A stretch of DNA of 64,000 nucleotides from Macrostomum lignano. Taxonomy: Eukaryota. A program made the position numbers and the translations under genes. The DNA lies in assembly GCA_002269645.1 (NCBI GenBank), contig NIVC01000283.1:558001-622000 (forward strand). Direction: 5' to 3'. The notes beneath the pieces were generated by a model. That model had not been told where the DNA came from. It did no database searches and worked only from the letters and a program-made list of their open reading frames with translations. Positions 13,661-22,334 of this stretch are shown here, piece by piece (within the stretch, counting starts at the first letter, position 1; every line of letters starts with the position of its first letter).

Positions 13661-14520
13661 CGTGCTGGGCGAAGGTCAGCTGGCCGTCCAGAGTGACCCT
13701 TTGTTGCTGCAGCTGCTGCTGCGGAACCGACTGGTGCTGATTCTGCTGCTGCCGCTAATGATGCTGCTGCTGCCGCTGCGCAGTCAGCGCCGGGCAACGC
13801 CGGACCGGATGCGGCCCGGCACAAAGGTAGCAGATAACTGTTGAATGAGAGAGAATTAACGTAACTATGAGTACATGAAACAAATAAGCTTGCGGCTCAT
13901 TAAAAAATAGGAAAAGGAAATTAAACTTATTATTGTTCCTTGGCCGGCGCCCTCATCCACGGCGCTGCCCTGAGTTTGAGTTCGTGGTGTAGTTGTTCAC
14001 TATCTTATACTCGTATTTGCTGGCCGGTGCTGTTGCTCAGGTGATGTAAGTATTAATGACGAAGAAAACAAATACAAGCGTAATCTCAGAGCTCTTGCCT
14101 CATTGCGATCTTTTATAGGGGCGCACGAGCGCAGAATTGAGCCAGTGGGCCGGTATTTTTTGTTCTATTTGGTAATTACTTTAATTAGTCTTTAATGACT
14201 ATTCGCTGAAATTCGCTACCACCTTGCCAAAGATTCCAATCTGACAGAATGGTTTGAAGAGGCGGTGTCCAGCCAGCAACTCTTTGAGTCGGTCCGTGCG
14301 GCCTAAGCAACAGAGCATGCGAGCCAATCTGGACATGATGAAATTGTGTTGCAGTGCTCCGACCAAATGTTTGCAGGCTACGAGAACATAAATAAAATTC
14401 GAGTGCGCTGTGGAGACAAAGAAGTATTTTTTCCATATCAAATGTTATATCTTATATCTTACGAGCTACTGTCAACTAATAATTGATTAAAAGTAGAATT
14501 AAGAAGGTGAGCGATATCAT

Positions 14521-14565
14521 TTTATGCGACTTGTTTCGCCTCGCGTCAGCCATCGTCAGGCTATT
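14521..14565 (-). ncRNA. Degenerate minimal type I hammerhead ribozyme at the Penelope 3' end
   Basis: Minus strand reads TAGC-CTGACGA-TGGCTGACGCGAGGC-GAAA-CAAGTC-GC. Both core boxes and a GUC site are present, but stems I and II are imperfect. Confidence 0.45.
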
Positions 14566-15283
14566 AAAATTAGTAACGATTTATTTGTTCATTTATATTC
14601 AACATTAAGACTAAAAACGGGTCGATAAAAGTCAGAAATGTATATAAATTAACAGTAGATTGTACAGTCCGACGGAGCGCTCACAGAGTTGCAATGAGGG
14701 CTTCAAGTACTTTTAGTCTGTACTCATTTGAGCATGTATGGATGGTGGAAAACTTTTTATCTATTTGGCTGTCACAGCATTCTTTGCATATCATCAGGTG
14801 GTCGTGCACGGCCGACATCTTTTGCCTATGTTCTCTACTTCTCATGTACAGGTGTCGGGTAGTTTCACCTATGTAGGTGATACTCTGGTCACCAGAGCAT
14901 TGAAATTGGTAAACGACACCTGCCCGTAAGGAGCTGGGAACGCGGCATTTCAAATTCCTAACAAATTGACCGATTTTCTCGCAACGGAAAGTGACCATGA
15001 GCTTCACATTTAAATACTTATTAAACGCTTTGATGAGGTTCTTTTTAAAATGAACAGAAGCAGGCCCATAGAAAAGAATGGAAATATGGGTGTAATCAGT
15101 CGTCAGGTCTTTCTGTTCTTCATTATTCTGTATATTGTTCGGATTCCTGACTTTACCATCAATGAATTTCCTAATTTGGTAATCGAGGAACCGTTTCGGG
15201 TAGTTTTTTTTGGAAAAATAGGTGCTAATCGAGCAAATTTCTTCGTGGAAACTAGTCCAGGTGCTACAGATTTCGTGGAGCAT
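14521..15283 (-). mobile_element. Penelope-like element, 3' part (end of RT thumb, GIY-YIG endonuclease, 3' UTR)
   Basis: GVVYQFQCSG..TYIGETTRHLYMRSREH..SAVHDHL..KVLEALI in ORF 14681-15382; truncated at the Polinton TSD. Confidence 0.9.
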
Positions 15284-15629
15284 AGTAGTAGGTAAAAAGA
15301 CGCTTCTAGACCCAGAACCCCTATTTAACATGCTGATTTGAAGGGCTAGTGGGGGGACACGAGGGGGTACTAAAAAACACATCTAAATACCCTTTACCCC
15401 CCTTAAACACACTACCTCCCACTACCTCCCATTAACACCACCAACTCACACAAATCACACAATATTCACCCATATTCCCAATAACACACCCTATCACAAC
15501 CAAACAATCCCCTCGCGTCCCCCCATTAATAGCCCTTCAAATCATCATTTTCAATAGGTCTGATCTAGAAGCGTCTTTTTACCTACTACTACTTTATAAC
15601 CCCAGGCCGCGCCGCAGGCGCGTAGGGTC
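15284..15629 (+). repeat. Left terminal inverted repeat (346 bp)
   Basis: Reverse complement of 33495-33840; the only differences I found are two homopolymer lengths. Confidence 0.97.
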
Positions 15630-15646
15630 TTTTTCTGTTACTAAAA

Positions 15647-15961
15647 ATGAACCGCGTTTACACCTTTTCAGTTAGTGATACTTTTGAGACTGTTGCTAAA
15701 AATTCAGAGATAATAAAACAACATATTCTGAATGGAATAATTGATGAAGTTTATTTAAAATATGATGACAAAACAGAACTAAAACTTTATCCGCTAGATT
15801 TGGATGGGATGTATGATCTAGAACAAGAGGGTGAGTTAATATTTCAACTTGGAGATTATTTAAATTCAGACGATTGGGAGGTTCGTTCAGACGATTCCAA
15901 CTCAACAAATAGCTCATATGAAACTAGTGATTCAGAGAGCAAAATTGAAATTTTTATGTAA
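15647..15961 (+). CDS. Polinton hypothetical protein (104 aa), paralog of the next ORF
   Basis: ORF with TAAAAATG start; shares the IIDEVY..(K/I)(L/I)YPL motif with 15965-16195. Confidence 0.7.
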   Translation: MNRVYTFSVSDTFETVAKNSEIIKQHILNGIIDEVYLKYDDKTELKLYPLDLDGMYDLEQEGELIFQLGDYLNSDDWEVRSDDSNSTNSSYETSDSESKIEIFM

Positions 15962-15964
15962 AAA

Positions 15965-16195
15965 ATGAAATTAGATAACAGACCCTTCTTTTCAATAACT
16001 GAATCAACCCAAACAATATTCAACGCACTTGATTCAATAAAAAAATTAATAAAGTATAAAATAATCGATGAAGTATATATATATCCAGATATAAAGATAT
16101 ATCCGCTTGAAATTGGAGAATTAGATTATATTTGGGATAAGGGGGAGCAAAGTCTTCTTTTAGCACAATGTTTAAATTGCGAAAAAAATAGTTAA
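15965..16195 (+). CDS. Polinton hypothetical protein (76 aa)
   Basis: Stop-start junction TAAAAAATG with the previous ORF; paralogous motif. Confidence 0.7.
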   Translation: MKLDNRPFFSITESTQTIFNALDSIKKLIKYKIIDEVYIYPDIKIYPLEIGELDYIWDKGEQSLLLAQCLNCEKNS

Positions 16196-16198
16196 AAA

Positions 16199-16423
16199 AT
16201 GAACTATTATTCTGTAACAGAAACAACAATTATTGTTAAAAATATATTTAAAAAAATGAAGGTAAATTATTCCTATATCGGAAATGTGCCAATTAATGAA
16301 CTTAATGATAATTTAAGTTTGATAACTGTTGAACAAATGTCAATAATAATATTAGTAACTATAATAGTAATAATATTGTTTTTATTTGTTATAAAAAATT
16401 TACTACCTTGTTGCCTTAAGTAA
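16199..16423 (+). CDS. Small protein with a C-terminal transmembrane helix (74 aa)
   Basis: Hydrophobic IIILVTIIVIILFLFVI followed by K..PCC; N-terminus YYSVTET resembles the two preceding ORFs. Confidence 0.6.
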   Translation: MNYYSVTETTIIVKNIFKKMKVNYSYIGNVPINELNDNLSLITVEQMSIIILVTIIVIILFLFVIKNLLPCCLK

Positions 16424-18011
16424 CGGATTGAAATGAAACCGGCATTAGCTGGTTTTCATAAAATGAGCCCAATATTTCTTCACCATCCTTATCAGCAATG
16501 ATATAGGTTGTGGGATTTGTATTTAAAACTTTACTGATAGTAAATTTCTCACTTATTTTCCAATATCCTTTTCTTCCCTTTTCAAACTTATCTTTCCATT
16601 TATAGATATAAACAGAATCACCAACTTTAAAACCTTTAGTTTTCTTTTTTTCAAAATCTCCAAAAGTAACCTTAACATTTTCAGGATTGTTATAAGCTTG
16701 TTGAGGAGTCATCTTTATAGCTGAATGATATGAATTGTTATAATCTTTTACGACGTCTGGTAATATTTTTACCCACTTTTGGTTACCATTAAGACTAAAC
16801 TGAAACCATAATTTCTTACCTAAAGTTCTATTAAATCTTTCTATTAATGCGTTTTTACTCTCTCCATAAATAGAATAAATTTTATTAATATACTCCCCAT
16901 TCGCGTCCTTTTTCCTTTCTTGTCCTTTTTCAAAATGATACAATTTATACATGTGAGGATTGTAAAATTCTTTTCCTTCGTCAACACACAACCGTTCGCT
17001 TTTTTCTCCAAGACTTCTAAAAGCAGCAGCAACCACCTCTCCCTTTTTGGATTTTAAAGGAATAGCCCACGCGTAGCGAGTAAAACCATCTAATATTGTT
17101 AAAATATATTTATATCCTTTATCATTTGGCATCGACATTAAATCAGCATACCAAATTTCATTCTTTTTGAAGTTCATGATTTTTCTATAAAATTTAGGTT
17201 TTCGGTATTCTTTATGAAGAACCTTAGCCTTATCATAACTTAGCCCACTACCACTTAATAACAAACATTCGACACAATTATTACCATGTTGGTTGTAATT
17301 AATTCCTAAACCAAATTTAACTTTAGATTGTAGAATTTTTTTAACCATCCACCTAGTTAATCTCTGGCCTACTGATAAGCCTTGTAAGTTATCTAATCCT
17401 TGAATCATTTTTTGATCGGCTTCATGTTTTAATCTTAACGCTTCTTCGGGAGGGTTCTTGTCAGCATCTCTATATGCTAAGTCGTGATAGTATGCTAACC
17501 AATCAATCCCATTTATTGGAATTGAATCAGATTTTGGAGTATTGTCAGGATTTAATCTTAAATCCAGTCTAGTCCCAGGTAGTTTACCCTCAATCTTTCG
17601 AATGAGGCTGGAGCACACCTTAAGCGGCGATGATTACCGCCCATCTCCGTCTGCTCTCTGAACCTTCTCCTTATATTTAAAATACTTAGGAGCTTGGCTG
17701 CGCATTGCCACCATGTCTTCAAGCTTTTTACCATTGGGAACAGGAGTTACCTGTGTTCCTTCAGAAGATTTCTCAACTGAAGTGGTACTTGAAGTTGTAT
17801 GACGGGTTTCACGCAATTTGGAGATGTTGCCACTAATAGTGACTAGCAGTAGCTTTGCTTCTACCACTCAGGCCACGGGATAACCTGCAAACGAGTACCC
17901 TGGAATGTGTAATTCATTTGTATACCTACCAGTAGTAAAGATTGGCGGTAAGCTTGTTAATCCTTTTTGAATATCCAACAAGCCTCCTTCAAACACTAAT
18001 TGATTGCTCAT
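16416..18011 (-). CDS. INT: Parvovirus-type phospholipase A2 domain fused to a retroviral-type DDE integrase; two exons (18011-17883, 17579-16416), 430 aa after splicing
   Basis: Spliced product reads ..ELHIPGYSFAG|PGTRLDLRL..PINGIDWLAYYHDLAY (YxxxGPG calcium loop and HDxxY). Integrase motifs: WYADL, CVDEGKEF, IERFNRTL. Confidence 0.93.
17580..17882 (-). ncRNA. Group I self-splicing intron (IC1-like, 303 nt, no internal homing endonuclease ORF)
   Basis: P1 CAGGU/GCCUG with U.G at the 5' splice site; P3 CAUCUCC/GGAGAUG; P4 UGCGUG/UGCGCA; P5abc with A-rich bulge and GAAA L5b; P6/P6a; P7 GAGAGCA/UGCUCC; P8; J8/7 GCUUAAGGUG; P9 with GAAA loop; P10 with the 3' exon. Removal restores the ORF and the GPG motif. 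Confidence 0.93.
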
Positions 18012-18496
18012 TTTTAATCTTTAAAAAACACGTTTCTATCAGTTTAGTAATTTCCAAATATTGATCACCATATAAAAAATTTAAAGCAAAATCCCCAGTT
18101 AACAATGTAACTCCATTATCAAATACCTTTTGTACGGGGGGCTTTAGTAGTATTATTAATGCAAATATAATATAACTCAAATTCAGGATTAACATTTTTA
18201 AATTCTAATAACTTTTGAATATTTCTAAATCGACTCGATGAATTATCTGTGTTATCAGAAGATTTTAACTCTAACGCAATTTTTCTTTCAGTATGAATTA
18301 AATCAATTTTCTTAATTTTTTCAAAACCAAAATGTTCAATAGCTAATAATTCATAAAGATATCCTAGCCTCATTTGAATTGTTTTAATACGGTTTGCAAT
18401 TATTAAATCATCTTGAAATATCTTATTTAGTATTCTGTCAGAACCTACCTTATCATAAATAGGTTTACAAAGACATTCATTTATCGTATTATCCAT
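17989..18496 (-). CDS. Restriction-endonuclease-like PD-(D/E)xK nuclease (about 168 aa), with one +1 frameshift near 18143
   Basis: GYLYE...IDLIHTERKIALELKSSDNTDNSSS. ORFs 18119-18496 and 17989-18195 join at ACTAAAGCCCCCC. Confidence 0.65.
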
Positions 18497-18517
18497 TTTT
18501 ATAAAAAATAAATTTAA

Positions 18518-19186
18518 TTAAACACCCGTATGTCCAGCAGCTTTCGCGGCAGCTAAAACAAGTTTTCGCGGAGTTTTAAATCCTTCACCAACAGCCGGCT
18601 TGTTATTTATAGAATCAACAATCCTTTTATACAAGTTGGTATTTTTAACAGCTCCTACTCCTAAATCATCATAAAAAATTTTAGCACTTACTAATTCATC
18701 CCTAGTATAAAAATCAGGGTTAAACTTAACCCTAGGGTTAGTAATAATTCTATATGCTCCGCCCAATTCTCTATATAAATCATTTCGATTTTTATTAACT
18801 CGACCAATTCGGTAATTATCATTATCTAACTCCTCTATTGCAATGCTTCGTGGGACATTCGTAAATTGTTCAACTCCATCCCTTTCTGCACGCCTAATCT
18901 CTGCAAGTCTCAATAGCACTTGATCAACATCATAAGTAGGCGGCTCATCTAAAATTTCATCCTCTTTTGGCTCGGTATTCTTAGCAATTTTTTCAAGAAG
19001 GTCTTTATCTGTTTTTTCTAGTTCACTAAGTTTGCCCGTAATAGGATTAACAAAAGGGGCAGCAAATCTTTCGCCAGCGAGTTGTATTCCTAACTTTCTT
19101 TTTTGTAAATTTCTAACAAAATCAGAATATTTTTGCTTTTCTTTATAAATTGCTAACTCTCCATCAACGTCCATAAATTGACTCAT
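18518..19186 (-). CDS. Conserved Polinton structural-module protein (PZ-like), 222 aa
   Basis: FVNPITGKL near the N-terminus and C-terminal GEG..LVLAAAKAAGHTGV resemble a recurrent Polinton ORF; assignment from memory. Confidence 0.5.
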   Translation of the reverse strand: MSQFMDVDGELAIYKEKQKYSDFVRNLQKRKLGIQLAGERFAAPFVNPITGKLSELEKTDKDLLEKIAKNTEPKEDEILDEPPTYDVDQVLLRLAEIRRAERDGVEQFTNVPRSIAIEELDNDNYRIGRVNKNRNDLYRELGGAYRIITNPRVKFNPDFYTRDELVSAKIFYDDLGVGAVKNTNLYKRIVDSINNKPAVGEGFKTPRKLVLAAAKAAGHTGV

Positions 19187-19220
19187 TTTTTAACATAAAA
19201 AACTTTTTTAACTTAAAAAA

Positions 19221-20702
19221 ATGGCTGAAACAAAAACCATATGGAGTGATAAATTTCATTTTAAAAAGCACCGGCAGTATATTAATGAGATCAGGGCAAG
19301 AGATTTAAATTATACCCTACCAACAAGTGATAATTCAAACAATTTTACTACGGGAACGGTAACTTTTGACGTTGGGGCAAGCGACAGCGTTTTAGATATG
19401 AAAAACGCGTTTTTCCGCGTTAGATGGTTGTATACCAGAAACGATGGAACTGCTCTTGCAGCCGGTGATATCCCAGATCGTTCTGGAATTATTATAGAAA
19501 ATGATTGGTTTTATAAATGTTTTTCCCAAGCTCAACTAACTGTTAATGGAGCCGAGGTTGAGACATCAACAAACCCAGCAGAGATTAATGGAGTTTTGAA
19601 ACATTTAAATTATACTTATTTATCAAAACAAGTTGGTGATAGTGTTGGGTGGATGCCTGATAAGGGTAATGGACAAGCAGTAGTTTTCCCTAATGTACAA
19701 AATGCAGCCGGCGCAGATACCGCAGCCCTTATAGCTTATCTTAATACCAATATAGTTCCAGTTGTAACCACCATGACTAACACAAAAGATATTAATACCG
19801 GTTTTATAGATCGTCAGAATAAATTCCCAGTAGCGGTTTTAACCACAGCAAGCGCATATGAGCAAGACTTTTCAATCTTTCCACTATTTGGGTTCTTCTC
19901 ACCAAATCGGGTATGGAAAGGATTAAAATTTGGGGTACAGTTGCAAATATCTGGTGGATATCAGCCTAGGATACTTTATGGAACCTCAATTTCAACCGAT
20001 ATCGCAATTCGTATAGCATCAATTCAATTAGTCGTACCAAAACTAGAGCTAACGGCGCCTCTTTTAGCACATGTTAATAAGCAGATAATGGTTGATCAAG
20101 AAATATTTTATTTGAATCGGCGCCACTTTATGCGAACCATTAACAACAATCAGGATTCATTTCAGTGGCAGATAACGATATCAAAACGTCGGGTGAGATA
20201 TATTTTTGTTTGGTTTAAAATAACAAATAGAAGGAGTAAAAGAGCAAACGGGGATTTATATTGGCTTCAATCAGAGGATGTAGCAGCTCAGGCAGCCACT
20301 GCAACCGACAACGCGGTTTCAGCTATTAACGAGTTTAATGTTCAGAATATCCGCCTGCAGGTTGATGATCAATATTATCCTGTTAAAGAGCCCTTAAATC
20401 TAAACATAGCAAATAATAATGTTAATGATTTTATAAAATATTATCAAGATTATACCAAAAATGAAGCGTATGCTGTTCCTCAGTACACACCCACGGAGTT
20501 TCTAAACATTCACCCAGTAGTTGTTTTTGATCTAACTGCACAGAAAGAAAATGTAGCCAATGTTGGTTTGAATTATATGTTAGAGATTAATAAAACCGGT
20601 AATCAGGCACTAGACGCCCACGTATTGTTTCTAGAGGAATATATATCAATTGCTAAAGCCGACGGAACCGTTGTTCGGGATGCGCCCGTAGATAAAGATT
20701 AG
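19221..20702 (+). CDS. PY: Double jelly-roll major capsid protein (493 aa)
   Basis: Size and motifs: FSQAQLTVNGAEVE, RYIFVWF, NIRLQVDDQYYP, EFLNIHPVVVFDL; adjacent to the ATPase and penton genes. Confidence 0.88.
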   Translation: MAETKTIWSDKFHFKKHRQYINEIRARDLNYTLPTSDNSNNFTTGTVTFDVGASDSVLDMKNAFFRVRWLYTRNDGTALAAGDIPDRSGIIIENDWFYKCFSQAQLTVNGAEVETSTNPAEINGVLKHLNYTYLSKQVGDSVGWMPDKGNGQAVVFPNVQNAAGADTAALIAYLNTNIVPVVTTMTNTKDINTGFIDRQNKFPVAVLTTASAYEQDFSIFPLFGFFSPNRVWKGLKFGVQLQISGGYQPRILYGTSISTDIAIRIASIQLVVPKLELTAPLLAHVNKQIMVDQEIFYLNRRHFMRTINNNQDSFQWQITISKRRVRYIFVWFKITNRRSKRANGDLYWLQSEDVAAQAATATDNAVSAINEFNVQNIRLQVDDQYYPVKEPLNLNIANNNVNDFIKYYQDYTKNEAYAVPQYTPTEFLNIHPVVVFDLTAQKENVANVGLNYMLEINKTGNQALDAHVLFLEEYISIAKADGTVVRDAPVDKD

Positions 20703-20722
20703 TTAAATTATTTACTTAAAAA

Positions 20723-21484
20723 ATGGTAAAAGCAAAACATTATAAAATATTTCCAAATGATCCTTTTCTTTGTTTAGTAATTGGTGGATCGGGCAAAGGA
20801 AAAACCCACTTTGTTTATGACTTGTTAACAACCGATGGAATGTTAGACTATAATAATTTAATAATTTATACTAACAAACCTAGAATAAAATATTATGAAT
20901 TTCTTAAACACGGATTAAAAAACAAATTAAAAAAAGATATCTTATTTAGAATGTTAAGAGCATATGAGCAATATGAGGACGATGATGAACCAAGATTTAA
21001 ACTAACAGACATTGAGGATTTATGTAAAAAAACGGCAGAAGATCCAGAAAATATAGACAACAATTCTCCAACAATTACAATATCAAACAGATTAACTTAT
21101 GACAAAATTCCTAAATATGATAAAACACTAATTATTTTTGACGATTGTATTAATGACGGAGATCAAGAATTGCAAAAAGAAATTTTTGTTAGTGGTAGAG
21201 GAGATGGAATTGGAGCTTTTTATCTTACTCAATCCTTTAGAGAATTAGAATCGATTATAAAAAAGAATGCTAGCTGTTGTGTAATGTTTGATTTAGATGA
21301 CTATGATTTACAAAATATACACGCTAGATTTAATCCGGGGTTGGATACAAAACCATTTAAAAGTATGTGTAAAAAAATTTGGGATGATAGTCAATACAAA
21401 CACATATATGTCAACCCTAGGTTAGAAAGAAGAAATCGAATCTTAACAAATTTGATAAAAGAAGATAATGAGGACGAGGAGTAA
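20723..21484 (+). CDS. ATP: A32/FtsK-like DNA packaging ATPase (253 aa)
   Basis: Walker A GGSGKGKT, Walker B LIIFDD, downstream GR..YLTQS. Confidence 0.93.
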   Translation: MVKAKHYKIFPNDPFLCLVIGGSGKGKTHFVYDLLTTDGMLDYNNLIIYTNKPRIKYYEFLKHGLKNKLKKDILFRMLRAYEQYEDDDEPRFKLTDIEDLCKKTAEDPENIDNNSPTITISNRLTYDKIPKYDKTLIIFDDCINDGDQELQKEIFVSGRGDGIGAFYLTQSFRELESIIKKNASCCVMFDLDDYDLQNIHARFNPGLDTKPFKSMCKKIWDDSQYKHIYVNPRLERRNRILTNLIKEDNEDEE

Positions 21485-21538
21485 AATCTCAAATCTTTGG
21501 TTCTCTTGCCGCCGATGCTATTATTCCCCACTATAAAA

Positions 21539-22324
21539 ATGGCAACAAATTTAGACACTATAAAACAATTGGTAGATCGAACTAATTCAAAATTTAGCAC
21601 AACCTTACAGTTTATAATGACAAGCAGCGAGCAACGGATTCAATTGCGCGATCCGTTACAACTAGATCAAAGCCTAAGTTATCAAATAGGTTTGATACTA
21701 TTTTCGGTTTTTAACATGCCTCAATTAATTAATGCAACAAATAATCAATTTAGATATTCTAAAGATTCCGGAGCCAATTGGACAACTTTTAGCGTTAATC
21801 CAGGGGCGTATAGCTATACCGATTTGAATGCTTACATAGAAGGAGAATTAACGGATAATGGTGATTGGGTAGCTGGTGCGATTGTTATAGGTGTTGATTT
21901 ACCGTCGGGAAGATTCACCCTATCACTAGGATCAGGATATCAGGTTGATTTCACAATTGCAAACTCACTCAGAACCATACTTGGATTTAATTCCCGAATA
22001 GTTACCGCATCAAGCACCGGTGATACCGTGGGAAACATTGAGGGCGGAGTCAATACAATTAATATAACAACCGACATATCAAACGGCGGTTATATAACAG
22101 ATAATAATGGGGTTTTGGTTCAACGTGGAATTATTTATTCAATCCCGTTTCTTGCTGTTCCAATTGGAGAGAAAATGATTGTTGCACCCCAAACCCCAAT
22201 ATATTATCCTTTAAATCAATATAGCGTTCAATCAATTTATATTAGGATCGTAGATGAAAGCGATAGATTAATAAGTTTTGGTGGTCAATCAATAACAGTA
22301 ATTTTACGTATAAAACAGGTTTAA
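21539..22324 (+). CDS. PX: Minor capsid protein (penton, single jelly roll)
   Basis: PLQLD..YQIGL, INATNNQFRY, LRTILGF, PQTPIYYPL, IRIVDESDRLISFGG; ATG chosen at TATAAAAATG. Confidence 0.85.
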   Translation: MATNLDTIKQLVDRTNSKFSTTLQFIMTSSEQRIQLRDPLQLDQSLSYQIGLILFSVFNMPQLINATNNQFRYSKDSGANWTTFSVNPGAYSYTDLNAYIEGELTDNGDWVAGAIVIGVDLPSGRFTLSLGSGYQVDFTIANSLRTILGFNSRIVTASSTGDTVGNIEGGVNTINITTDISNGGYITDNNGVLVQRGIIYSIPFLAVPIGEKMIVAPQTPIYYPLNQYSVQSIYIRIVDESDRLISFGGQSITVILRIKQV

Positions 22325-22334
22325 TATAGTAAAA

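Noticed and set aside
12219-13844. Numerous overlapping long ORFs on both strands
   Set aside because: GC-rich shadow frames of the RT/RNase H fragment; only the minus-strand RNase H frame has motifs.
17634-17867. 77-aa ORF inside the intron as a homing endonuclease
   Set aside because: No LAGLIDADG, His-Cys, GIY-YIG or HNH motif; it runs through the ribozyme core and is probably incidental.
17580-17884. Spliceosomal intron explanation for the PLA2 insert (CAG|GTTATC looks like a donor)
   Set aside because: There is no AG at the required 3' boundary (...AAACTA|CCT), whereas group I helices P1-P10 are all present.
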